A stretch of DNA of 25,435 nt from a virus. Its lineage: Duplodnaviria > Caudoviricetes. The translations under genes and the position numbers were made by a program. Positions 1 through 6,913 of this stretch are shown here, piece by piece. The notes under the pieces are model-generated. The model was given only the letters and a program-made list of their open reading frames with translations. It was not told the origin of the DNA and searched no databases. The stretch is taken from positions 1 through 25,435 of IMG/VR virus record IMGVR_UViG_3300020043_003733. One strand, 5' to 3'. Each line of letters opens with the position of its first letter. Positions within the stretch are counted from its first letter, which is position 1.

Positions 1-350
1 TATTTATGTGGTGGTTGGTAATATGTGCCTTCACCTATAAGCTCAACTGATACAGCAATGTTCTTGCCGGTTTCTTGTACTAATCTATCGACAGTTCCTG
101 GTTGCAATGCAGATTTAATTAAGATTGTATCTGTTTCTAGCCAGCTAACTACATCTTCAACAATGCTCATATCTAATTCGCCAGCTTCATTTAAGTCTGT
201 TGGTACAGCTACAAGTGCGATATCACATTGGTTCAAGTCATCTTTGGTAGAGCTTTTATCGTAGTATGGGTCGTAAATAACAGCGTCTTCAAATACTTTA
301 TGATATGCCTTACCCAGATACCCATAACCCACTATTCCAACTTTTAACAT
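1..350 (-). CDS. UDP-glucose/GDP-mannose dehydrogenase family protein, N-terminal part (runs off the window)
   Basis: Manual translation MLKVGIVGYGYLGKAY...DIALVAVPTD...ILIKSALQPGTVDRL has the Rossmann GxGxxG plus the AVPT and IKS..PGT motifs of this family. AGGAG SD at 356-360. Absent from the ORF track because no stop falls in the window. Confidence 0.85.
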   Translation of the reverse strand, partial: MLKVGIVGYGYLGKAYHKVFEDAVIYDPYYDKSSTKDDLNQCDIALVAVPTDLNEAGELDMSIVEDVVSWLETDTILIKSALQPGTVDRLVQETGKNIAVSVELIGEGTYYQPPHK

Positions 351-365
351 ATTAACTCCTTATAT

Positions 366-405
366 AAAAAGCACCCAGCAGAAAAAAGCTAAATCTCTGG
401 GTGCT
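366..405 (-). terminator. Intrinsic terminator/attenuator-like hairpin upstream of the dehydrogenase RBS
   Basis: Perfect 9-bp inverted repeat AGCACCCAG (370-378)/CTGGGTGCT (397-405), followed on the minus strand by a short T run. Confidence 0.55.
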
Positions 406-438
406 GATATTTATTTTGTGTGCTTTTTTCATTATTGT

Positions 439-786
439 CTACAAGTCCTTATTTGATTTTAACATAAGTTCGATAAAAGCAATAGCTTCTTGGCAACCTT
501 TTGCGATTGTAGCTTGCACCCCAGCTTTGTTTAATCTCTCAATCCAGTCTATTTGTTCTCGGCTTGTTAGAGAGTTTTTGGTGCGTTTCATTTCGATTGC
601 GATAAGTTTATCGGGTAAGCATACAAAAAGGTCTGGTACGCCTTTAGAAACGCCCAGAGCCCTATTCATATTCTTTTGCTTCCAGCTTTTAGTATAAGTT
701 TCATTAGGTACTCTAAAATGTGGTATTTTTTTTATTCTCAACCATTGTACGAATTGCATTTGCTCTTGAGCTTCGGTTGGTATCAT
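439..786 (-). CDS. VRR-NUC domain (PD-(D/E)XK) nuclease
   Basis: TEAQEQ...VPNE...GVSKGVPDL...IEMK...SREQIDW is the typical phage VRR-NUC pattern. Confidence 0.85.
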   Translation of the reverse strand: MIPTEAQEQMQFVQWLRIKKIPHFRVPNETYTKSWKQKNMNRALGVSKGVPDLFVCLPDKLIAIEMKRTKNSLTSREQIDWIERLNKAGVQATIAKGCQEAIAFIELMLKSNKDL

Positions 787-798
787 TCTTGTATAATA

Positions 799-1121
799 TC
801 ATATCGAATATATCTTACCTGTCTGTGTCTGATAATCACTTATAAATGAGTTATTAAATGGGCGTAGTTGATCTATTCTGCAATCATACAAGTCATTATG
901 TATATTGTCGTGGCTACCGGCTTTTTTGAATACCTTAATCTTTTGGAACTCTAAAAAAGAAATCCAACCGAGCAAGTATGCCCTGTTAGTAATCTTGTTA
1001 AATCTAGCAAAGACTAGTAAATCTGTTGTGCCGATGAGTTCGGTTTGGATCAATATATGACTGCCAGTGTCATTGCGAAATTGATTGCTTTTAGCTCTTG
1101 CTCTGTAAAGTTTATATTCAC
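799..1121 (-). pseudogene. Possibly broken hypothetical gene: 23-aa piece from GTG 1121 plus an 84-aa piece at 799-1053
   Basis: GTG 1121 overlaps the upstream TGA and gives MNINFTEQELKAINFAMTLAVIY*. The 799-1053 frame starts only at a TTG with no obvious SD and reads like a C-terminal half (DLLVFARF...YLLGWIS). Confidence 0.35.
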
Positions 1122-1261
1122 ACTCGCACCATTCTCTTTCGCAATCGCTTTTCTAACTCTGCCCACTTCTTTGCTTCGTCTGTGAGATTGAGTACAAATG
1201 GTGATAAGGTGTAGCGTTTATGTACTTTAATCTTGCGTGGTTTCTGTCCGTAGTTCTTCAT
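1118..1261 (-). CDS. Small basic hypothetical protein (47 aa)
   Basis: MKNYGQKPRKIKVHKRYTLSPFVLNLTDEAKKWAELEKRLRKRMVRV*; ATGA overlap with the upstream gene. Confidence 0.6.
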   Translation of the reverse strand: MKNYGQKPRKIKVHKRYTLSPFVLNLTDEAKKWAELEKRLRKRMVRV

Positions 1262-1434
1262 TTCAACCCTTCTTGTAGGCAAAATTGGTAATCTCTAAAA
1301 TCTAGTTGGTCAAGTGGTGTGATTCGACAGAGTGCTTTTTCATTGGCAATTTGAATAAAGCTAATCATCAGAAAGAATACATATACCACTGCCAGTAATA
1401 ATCCTATCGCTACTAATGTTTTAATAATTTTCAT
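1258..1434 (-). CDS. Small membrane protein (58 aa)
   Basis: MKIIKTLVAIGLLLAVVYVFFLMISFIQIANEK...: one hydrophobic helix; GAGGGTG SD-like sequence upstream. Confidence 0.65.
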   Translation of the reverse strand: MKIIKTLVAIGLLLAVVYVFFLMISFIQIANEKALCRITPLDQLDFRDYQFCLQEGLK

Positions 1435-1453
1435 TTCACCCTCACTTTTTATT

Positions 1454-1570
1454 TTATGCCTTTAGAACGCTACCTAATTTTATCAAGCCTAGCTTTTCGT
1501 ATTTATCTATCATCTTTATGATGTCCACTATATTAGCTTCACTCTCAATCTGAATGATATACTTATTCAC
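1454..1570 (-). CDS. Small hypothetical protein (38 aa)
   Basis: GTG start overlapping the end of the KGG gene; MNKYIIQIESEANIVDIIKMIDKYEKLGLIKLGSVLKA* fills the gap. Confidence 0.5.
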   Translation of the reverse strand: MNKYIIQIESEANIVDIIKMIDKYEKLGLIKLGSVLKA

Positions 1571-1853
1571 TTTTGCCACCAGCTAGTAAGTTATGTATCT
1601 GCTTCTTTTGTTGCTCGGTTATATTGCTTGGTAAGCGTGAAGCTTTGCCACCTTTCATACCGGCAAGCCTAGCTCTCTCATGTCCGGTCAATCCATCTGC
1701 ACCAACCTTATCGCTACCGAATCCACCACCACGAGATTTTGCACCACCCATAGCACCTATCTTCCGGTAATATGCTTTGACTGCTTCTTCACTACCTAGC
1801 TTTTCGAGTAGTGTTTGCTTATGTTTTTTACCACCAGCTTTTGTATTTGCCAT
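1563..1853 (-). CDS. KGG-repeat (stress-induced-like) Gly/Lys-rich protein
   Basis: YYRKIGAMGGAKSRGGGF...RARLAGMKGGKASR matches the GxKGG repeat pattern; TAATG coupling. Confidence 0.75.
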   Translation of the reverse strand: MANTKAGGKKHKQTLLEKLGSEEAVKAYYRKIGAMGGAKSRGGGFGSDKVGADGLTGHERARLAGMKGGKASRLPSNITEQQKKQIHNLLAGGKSE

Positions 1854-1978
1854 TACCCAATCCTTTCTACGCTATCGGCTTCGATTGCGTCTAGCTTTGC
1901 GTTGATTTCATTTAGCTTGATATTCAAATCTTCTAGTGCTTCAGATATTTGTGTATATATTAGATCTGCTTCAGTCAT
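1853..1978 (-). CDS. Small acidic coiled-coil protein (41 aa)
   Basis: MTEADLIYTQISEALEDLNIKLNEINAKLDAIEADSVERIG*; GGAG upstream; stop overlaps the next ATG. Confidence 0.6.
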   Translation of the reverse strand: MTEADLIYTQISEALEDLNIKLNEINAKLDAIEADSVERIG

Positions 1979-1979
1979 A

Positions 1980-2129
1980 CTATTTATTCTCCATACTATT
2001 ATGTGCTTCGACTATGGCTTTTTTGATTACTATCTTTGCAAAATACAATGCACCAAATGTTGCTATGTTAGCCAAGATGTACCATACATCTGCACCTGTT
2101 GTTGTTGATTGTCTTGTGAACTTATTCAT
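1980..2129 (-). CDS. Small membrane-associated protein (49 aa)
   Basis: MNKFTRQSTTTGADVWYILANIATFGALYFAKIVIKKAIVEAHNSMENK*; GGAG upstream. Confidence 0.6.
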   Translation of the reverse strand: MNKFTRQSTTTGADVWYILANIATFGALYFAKIVIKKAIVEAHNSMENK

Positions 2130-2232
2130 CTATCTTATCTCCATTATTATTTAATATTATCGTTTCTATTTGGTTTCTTAAACTCTCAAATTGTTGGCGT
2201 CTATCTTTGTACAGATCATACAAGATATTCAT
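2122..2232 (-). CDS. Small hypothetical protein (36 aa)
   Basis: ATG 1 nt after the Sak stop; MNILYDLYKDRRQQFESLRNQIETIILNNNGDKIDE*. Confidence 0.5.
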   Translation of the reverse strand: MNILYDLYKDRRQQFESLRNQIETIILNNNGDKIDE

Positions 2233-2233
2233 T

Positions 2234-2761
2234 TCAGTCTTTGTCTTTGACGCTTGGTCGAGCAAACTCTGGTAACTCTGGATGTTTGTAGTAGAGTCGC
2301 TTTTTGCTTTCTTTGTCATAATGCACTCCGTAGCCCTTCATATTAGGTGGTTTGATTTCAGTCAGATTTACAAAGTTGGTTTCTAAATCATACAGATATC
2401 TACCAATTCCCCACTGGACTGCTGCTCGCTTCATTGAGCCGGACAGACCACCCTTAACTGCTTCGATTTGGGTTTGCTCTGCACCGTCCCATTTAGTGAT
2501 TGGCACTTCGTGATGTAGGATTGTGATTCCACATAAGATACCACCACCTGGTGCTTCAGTAAACTCATTACACCAGCCATCTATACCAAATACTTCGTCT
2601 AGCCTGTCCATAATAGCTCGGTTGGTTACATAGGCTAGTACCATAGCCCAATGCTTAATCTCACCTGTCTGTCGGTTTGGCGATTTGCCTGATTGTTGTA
2701 CTCGCCATTCAATATGCTCTGGTGCAAATGGCTCTTTAAGTTTCTTTTCTTGTTCTTGCAT
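2234..2761 (-). CDS. Rad52/Rad22-like single-strand annealing protein (Sak family)
   Basis: PF..EHIEWRVQ, AYVTNRAIMDRLDEVFG..GW, KWDGA, EAVKGGLSGSMKRAAVQWGIGRYLY. The AAGGAG SD position favours ATG 2761 over GTG 2773. Confidence 0.9.
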   Translation of the reverse strand: MQEQEKKLKEPFAPEHIEWRVQQSGKSPNRQTGEIKHWAMVLAYVTNRAIMDRLDEVFGIDGWCNEFTEAPGGGILCGITILHHEVPITKWDGAEQTQIEAVKGGLSGSMKRAAVQWGIGRYLYDLETNFVNLTEIKPPNMKGYGVHYDKESKKRLYYKHPELPEFARPSVKDKD

Positions 2762-2791
2762 TGCTTTTTTCACTCCTTTTTACTTATTTCT

Positions 2792-2820
2792 ATTATACTC
2801 TAGTGTTTAACATATCTCAA
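2792..2820 (-). promoter_or_regulatory. Sigma70-type promoter for the sak operon
   Basis: TTGAGA-N17-TATAAT. Confidence 0.75.
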
Positions 2821-2907
2821 GACTGCATAGCATACTGCTGTTGGTACGCCAATTAGTATTATTGCGTTAAATACCCATTCCGGTATCAGCTTTGATATTT
2901 CACTCAT
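2800..2907 (-). CDS. Small membrane peptide (35 aa)
   Basis: MSEISKLIPEWVFNAIILIGVPTAVCYAVLRYVKH*; AAGGAG SD; ATGA overlap. Confidence 0.55.
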   Translation of the reverse strand: MSEISKLIPEWVFNAIILIGVPTAVCYAVLRYVKH

Positions 2908-3077
2908 ATACCCAACTCCTTTTCTTTATCGGCAATATACTGTCGTAGCTTTGATCTAATATCACCACCGGAGTTCGCTATTGTAAATAGCTCTGTCAGC
3001 ATTCTAACTTGAGCTGTATATACTTGTATCTTTGCTGTATCTCTTTCCAATTCGATTATCTTATCTAGTGTACTCAC
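2904..3077 (-). CDS. Small hypothetical protein (57 aa)
   Basis: GTG start after AGGTGA; MSTLDKIIELERDTAKIQ...KEKELGI*. Confidence 0.55.
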   Translation of the reverse strand: MSTLDKIIELERDTAKIQVYTAQVRMLTELFTIANSGGDIRSKLRQYIADKEKELGI

Positions 3078-3085
3078 CACATCAC

Positions 3086-3271
3086 CTATCTTTCTTTTCT
3101 AGCTTCTAAATCTGCATAAGCAGATATATACACTGCAGCAAGCTCTTCTGCATACTCTTGTGAGTATCCTTCATCTATATAATATTCTACTGCTAGCTCG
3201 AAATCTTCATCGGCTCTAGTGCCATTCCAAATATCTTCCATCTGTTGTAGTCTGTCTTGGTCGTTATACAT
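3086..3271 (-). CDS. Acidic hypothetical protein (61 aa)
   Basis: ORF track; TAATG coupling with the upstream ORF. Confidence 0.65.
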   Translation of the reverse strand: MYNDQDRLQQMEDIWNGTRADEDFELAVEYYIDEGYSQEYAEELAAVYISAYADLEARKER

Positions 3272-3465
3272 TACTTCACCGCACCTTTTGGCAATTTATA
3301 TTTTGAGTAAGTGTTCTCACCATGTAATAATACTGTGCTTCTTTTTGGTTTTCCGTTCTCAAATAACTCTGCTGTTACTACATACTCTGGTGCTACATCT
3401 ATAACAACTCTGTGGTCATTCCACTTGTCGCCTATTGTTAGATTTAGTTTTTTGATTGTTTTCAT
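3271..3465 (-). CDS. Hypothetical protein (64 aa)
   Basis: ORF track; AAGGGAG SD; first gene after the promoter at 3507-3535. Confidence 0.7.
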   Translation of the reverse strand: MKTIKKLNLTIGDKWNDHRVVIDVAPEYVVTAELFENGKPKRSTVLLHGENTYSKYKLPKGAVK

Positions 3466-3506
3466 ATTTCACACTCCCTTAAATTATTTTTATTCTTACA
3501 CTATCT

Positions 3507-3535
3507 ATTTTACTCTTGTGTTTAGCATTAGTCAA
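3507..3535 (-). promoter_or_regulatory. Sigma70-type early promoter
   Basis: TTGACT-N17-TAAAAT; spacer closely resembles that of the 2792-2820 promoter. Confidence 0.75.
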
Positions 3536-3554
3536 TAGTATTTTACAGAGATTT

Positions 3555-3803
3555 TTAGTTATTTTGTTGTCTTTTTTCTTCAAGTTTCTTGATCTCATAC
3601 TCATTACATACTTCTATATGGTTGGGTAGTGGATTGTCAGCGTCTAATGGTCTTCTAAATGCGAATAGTGTACCATTGTTTATTTTAGACAGTGCATAGT
3701 AACCCGGACTTGCACTGTATAACTCAATATCTTTTTTAGTAGTAGCCAACATTTTTACCCATTGCACCTGTATGCTACCATCTTTATTTATAATTGCTTT
3801 CAT
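3555..3803 (-). CDS. Hypothetical protein (82 aa)
   Basis: ORF track; ATGA overlap with the replication gene. Confidence 0.65.
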   Translation of the reverse strand: MKAIINKDGSIQVQWVKMLATTKKDIELYSASPGYYALSKINNGTLFAFRRPLDADNPLPNHIEVCNEYEIKKLEEKRQQNN

Positions 3804-4498
3804 ATAATATACTCCATTTCTTCTTTTTTAATATCTTTGACTGTTAATGTATTGGTGTCTTTTTGTTGTGCCAAGCGTTCCACCTGTTCATAGCTTCTAA
3901 TTATGAAATCCAAGTCGGCAGTCCAACCTCTATCATTATCACCATTGTGAAATGGTGAACGGCTAGTATTACTAATAGCTTGTTCCAGTAACTCTGCCCC
4001 ACTGTCCTTTAATCGTTGAGCAATCTTCTTTTTTCGTTTATCAGTGAGCTTGTAGCTATTACTGTTTTTATTAAATGCTTTTATGTAGAAGTCGTAAATA
4101 CTTTGTATTTCGACTATATTATTCTTTATTCTTACTTCTTTATTCTTGTAATGTGTTACTTGGTTGTTACTTCGTTGATACTTGGTTGTTACTTCGTTGT
4201 TACTGTCTTGTGTTACCGAGCTTTGATATTCTGACCATTTACAGATAGAAAAAGTAGTAAATCTGTTGTTACTAGCTTGTGTTACCAAATTGGCATTTTT
4301 GAGTCTTAAAAAAGCCTTATAAGCCGTAGTTGGTTTTACTCCAGATAAGAATCCAAGTAGATCTCTACCAAAACTTCCTTTTCCATTTCGGTCTGCAATT
4401 AGCAATAATGTAATAAAAACTACTTTAGCTGTTGGATCATGTCGCAAAAACTCATTATCTAATAGTTTGCGGTGCAATTTTACCCAGCCTTGTCGCAT
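3800..4498 (-). CDS. Phage replication initiator/replisome organizer
   Basis: MRQGWVKLHRKLLD N-terminus, low-complexity iteron-encoded linker and C-terminal DNDRGWTADLDFII. GGAGGG SD before ATG 4498. Confidence 0.8.
   Translation of the reverse strand: MRQGWVKLHRKLLDNEFLRHDPTAKVVFITLLLIADRNGKGSFGRDLLGFLSGVKPTTAYKAFLRLKNANLVTQASNNRFTTFSICKWSEYQSSVTQDSNNEVTTKYQRSNNQVTHYKNKEVRIKNNIVEIQSIYDFYIKAFNKNSNSYKLTDKRKKKIAQRLKDSGAELLEQAISNTSRSPFHNGDNDRGWTADLDFIIRSYEQVERLAQQKDTNTLTVKDIKKEEMEYII
4155..4287. repeat. Putative replication origin: 11-bp tandem iterons inside the initiator gene
   Basis: gttacttggtt/gttacttcgtt/gatacttggtt/gttacttcgtt/gttactgtctt from 4155, further GTTGTTACT..CTTGTGTTACC at about 4265-4287, next to an AT-rich tract at about 4117-4150. 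Confidence 0.75.
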
Positions 4499-4550
4499 AA
4501 AAAATACCCTCCTTTTCCAGAGAGTATTGTACACAATCTTAATCGCTTTT

Positions 4551-4579
4551 ATTATAGCAAAGCATTATTGCTTTCGCAA
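4551..4579 (-). promoter_or_regulatory. Promoter of the replication gene with a palindromic spacer
   Basis: TTGCGA-N17-TATAAT with extended -10 TG; the palindrome AAAGCA-TTAT-TGCTTT covers the spacer. Confidence 0.7.
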
Positions 4580-4673
4580 CCCTCTGAACTTAATTTATTT
4601 GAGAGCAATGTATTTGATTAACATCGTGTTGCTTACAATCATTGTATTACATAAGTACAATAATGTAAACTTA

Positions 4674-4702
4674 TTTACAAGACTTTTTTATAAGAGTACG
4701 CT
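4674..4702 (+). promoter_or_regulatory. Possible divergent promoter for the plus-strand island
   Basis: TTTACA-N17-TACGCT; the -35 is one arm of the palindrome TGTAAA-CTTA-TTTACA. Confidence 0.4.
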
Positions 4703-4739
4703 GATACTAGATTTGCACCTACAAACAGGGGGTAATATC

Positions 4740-4989
4740 GTGCAAAAGCACTATCTGTATCTGGCCACGCAAATCATACCGAAAGTCATCTACTCATTGG
4801 AAGTTCCGACAGTTGCCCTGCAATATCGTAATGGTAACTGCTGAAGAACACCGAGAGATACATGCCCAACGCAGAGCAAGTGAAATGCCAACCAGAGAAC
4901 AAATGCTTCAGAAACTAGATCTATGCAAAGACTGCAAAGGCAATTGTGTTTCACACACCCATCTTGTCGAGCAAGTACTGGAATCGTAA
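4740..4989 (+). pseudogene. Frameshifted HNH-like/His-Cys protein
   Basis: GGGGGT SD plus GTG 4740 gives MQKHYLY. The +1 frame continues WPRKSYRKSSTHWKFRQLPCNIVMVTAEEHREIHAQ...CKDCKGNC...* and ends in a TAATG overlap with the next gene. Confidence 0.5.
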
Positions 4990-5168
4990 TGGACAGAGAT
5001 ACTGCTTTGCTGGCAATTGAGCATGAGATTCGTGGACTTGATATCGAGCTGTATAACGCACGATTGGCTCATTCTCGGCTCATAACCCACATTGAGCAAA
5101 TGGAACACGATAGAGCCGCTCTAATGGCTCGACAGCAAGCCTTACAATGGCCATCTACCAACCCATAA
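4989..5168 (+). CDS. Small coiled-coil hypothetical protein (59 aa)
   Basis: MDRDTALLAIEHEIRGLDIELYNARL...; TAATG coupling; followed by hairpins. Confidence 0.6.
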   Translation: MDRDTALLAIEHEIRGLDIELYNARLAHSRLITHIEQMEHDRAALMARQQALQWPSTNP

Positions 5169-5209
5169 GCTTCGGCTGATCTAAAGACCTCACAGCGTCG
5201 TGGGGTCTT
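5168..5209 (+). terminator. Tandem hairpins ending the plus-strand island
   Basis: AGC-TTCG-GCT (cUUCGg tetraloop, 5168-5177), then AAGACCTCAC-N6-GTGGGGTCTT (5184-5209). No long U tract. Confidence 0.45.
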
Positions 5210-5305
5210 GCCTATTAGACCAATAAAAGCTATAATTACTTGTGATTGGAACAGGTTTATTCTTTTTCTTGTTCGATAAAGTTTCAACTCCCAACTGTTC
5301 CAATT

Positions 5306-5341
5306 AAAAAAGCTCGCAATAGCCATGCGAGTTCTTTTTTT
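5306..5341. terminator. Bidirectional intrinsic terminator
   Basis: A-run, CTCGCA-N7-TGCGAG, T-run, lying between convergent units. Confidence 0.7.
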
Positions 5342-5409
5342 ATTAAGCTTACTTTGGGTGGTTCAATTTTCACTTGAAGAAGGTACTTGCTATAAATATA
5401 TTTTAGCAT

Positions 5410-5443
5410 AAAAAAAAGCCCAGCTATTTTGGCTAGAGCTTTA
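5410..5443 (-). terminator. Intrinsic terminator after the lysis cassette
   Basis: Minus strand AGCTCTAGC-CAAAATA-GCTGGGCT followed by a long T run. Confidence 0.6.
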
Positions 5444-5520
5444 TTTTGACGATCTAGAATTGTCTTGCAGTATATTAACACATTAGAAATGCACGGCAAA
5501 TTCGCTGTGCTTAATTTCCC

Positions 5521-5616
5521 CTAGCTACAGACCTCGCACTCTTCGAGCAGGTCTGGGTCAATCGGACAAGTCAATGGCTGTTCCCATTCGTCTATTTGTT
5601 GTACCGGTTCTGCCAT
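5521..5616 (-). CDS. 31-aa acidic peptide with terminal CxxC
   Basis: MAEPVQQIDEWEQPLTCPIDPDLLEECEVCS*; TAATG-coupled to the holin-like gene. Confidence 0.6.
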   Translation of the reverse strand: MAEPVQQIDEWEQPLTCPIDPDLLEECEVCS

Positions 5617-5774
5617 TACTTAACTCTATTCGGTACAGCGTATACTCCTAATGCACCGGCAACTTGGATTGCCAGAGTTACATAGATGTTATCGCCATAC
5701 ACTACATTAGCACCAGCCAATATGACTGTTAATATTGCTATTAAGAACTTATTATATTTGCCTAATTCTTTCAT
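5616..5774 (-). CDS. Holin-like membrane protein (52 aa)
   Basis: MKELGKYNKFLIAILTVILAGANVVYGDNIYVTLAIQVAGALGVYAVPNRVK*: two hydrophobic segments and a basic tail; AAGGGGT SD; directly after the endolysin. Confidence 0.75.
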   Translation of the reverse strand: MKELGKYNKFLIAILTVILAGANVVYGDNIYVTLAIQVAGALGVYAVPNRVK

Positions 5775-5775
5775 C

Positions 5776-6621
5776 TTACCCCTTACTTATAAATGATTTA
5801 ATCTTATCGAATAATCCATTGAAGAATCCTCGACTAACTACAATATTATCTGGACTGTCTAATTCAGCCACTTTCTTATTCAAAGCTTCTACTTTTTCAG
5901 TCAATGCTTTGGTAGTATTCTCACTCGCCACTAATCGTGCTTGTAAGTCATTAGCGAGCTTTGTAGCGTCAGCAAATTGCTTTTGCAATGTATATATCTG
6001 CTGTTGCCAATTATCTCGTACTGCTACTGCACCGACATTTTGATAATGTTGTACTGCGTCAGCTTCTGGGTCATCTGATACTGCTTCCACATAAGTAAGT
6101 AAATCCTTACCCACAAACGCATTAAATACATCTCTACCTAGCGGTCTACCCCTGACTTGTTCGTGCAATTTACTCAATCTGGCGTACCAATTGTCCCCAC
6201 TGCCAATTACTGCCATATTACCTCCTGTTGTTAATTTATTTGGTCGTAACCACCCAATCACTCCATCATAGCTATGTCGCACTAAATGTGCCGGACTGCC
6301 GGTTGGGTAATTCTGGTCAAAGCTTTCAAAGAAGTTTGTATCACCAATGCCACTAGCAATCGCTGTATGGCCATAGCCACCCCCATATCTACTATTCCAC
6401 ACTATTATATCACCAGCTTGTGGTACAGCAGTAGGTGAGTTTAGTATCTTGGTGTAGTTGCCCTGTGTCTGGTCGATAATTCCGTATGCGTATAGTCCGG
6501 TAAATGGTCGGTAGCCAAGATATGTACTCCATCTATTCACAAGATCAAAGCATTGAGCACCATAAACTCCGTCCCAATCAACATATTTATTGTTGTACTG
6601 ATTTAAGAATTGTTGGAACAT
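5776..6621 (-). CDS. Endolysin: N-terminal CHAP domain plus C-terminal helical/coiled-coil region
   Basis: DWDGVYGAQCFDL (catalytic Cys), AGDIIVW, GYGHTAI (catalytic His), DQNY, GWLRP. Confidence 0.88.
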   Translation of the reverse strand: MFQQFLNQYNNKYVDWDGVYGAQCFDLVNRWSTYLGYRPFTGLYAYGIIDQTQGNYTKILNSPTAVPQAGDIIVWNSRYGGGYGHTAIASGIGDTNFFESFDQNYPTGSPAHLVRHSYDGVIGWLRPNKLTTGGNMAVIGSGDNWYARLSKLHEQVRGRPLGRDVFNAFVGKDLLTYVEAVSDDPEADAVQHYQNVGAVAVRDNWQQQIYTLQKQFADATKLANDLQARLVASENTTKALTEKVEALNKKVAELDSPDNIVVSRGFFNGLFDKIKSFISKG

Positions 6622-6908
6622 TATTTATAATCTTCTTTCACTCTTTTAGCTTTTCTATCTTCTACTAAGTGGGGGAGTTTTCCGTTTAACTTTTTCATAA
6701 ATATAACCATTTCTCGACTAGCTTGAGCTGATTCTCGACTAGCGTCTGCTTGAATCTTACTAGCTTCTTGTTGTCTAACTGCTGCTTGAGTGTGTTCTTT
6801 GAGGTCTTTAGATAGTTCTTTAGCTAGATATTTAGCTAACCAAATCACACCAGCTATTGATGTGGCTGCTAGGGCTATACTGGCTAGTGCTACTTCGTTA
6901 CCTGTCAT
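6621..6908 (-). CDS. Single-TM membrane protein of the lysis cassette (holin/antiholin-like)
   Basis: N-terminal hydrophobic helix ALASIALAATSIAGVIWLA, then coiled coil; coupled to the endolysin. Confidence 0.65.
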   Translation of the reverse strand: MTGNEVALASIALAATSIAGVIWLAKYLAKELSKDLKEHTQAAVRQQEASKIQADASRESAQASREMVIFMKKLNGKLPHLVEDRKAKRVKEDYK

Positions 6909-6913
6909 AGTTT

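Noticed and set aside
4155-4287. Tandem repeats as a CRISPR array or collagen-like repeat
   Set aside because: The 11-bp units have no spacers and lie inside an initiator gene; iterons explain them.
4908-5499. Minus-strand ORFs 4908-5108, 5069-5326 and 5284-5499
   Set aside because: They cross terminator hairpins or overlap the better supported plus-strand genes.
5168-5520. tRNA or defined ncRNA in the hairpin-rich gap
   Set aside because: No cloverleaf or recognisable family; terminators of convergent units explain the hairpins. An Infernal/Rfam scan would settle it.
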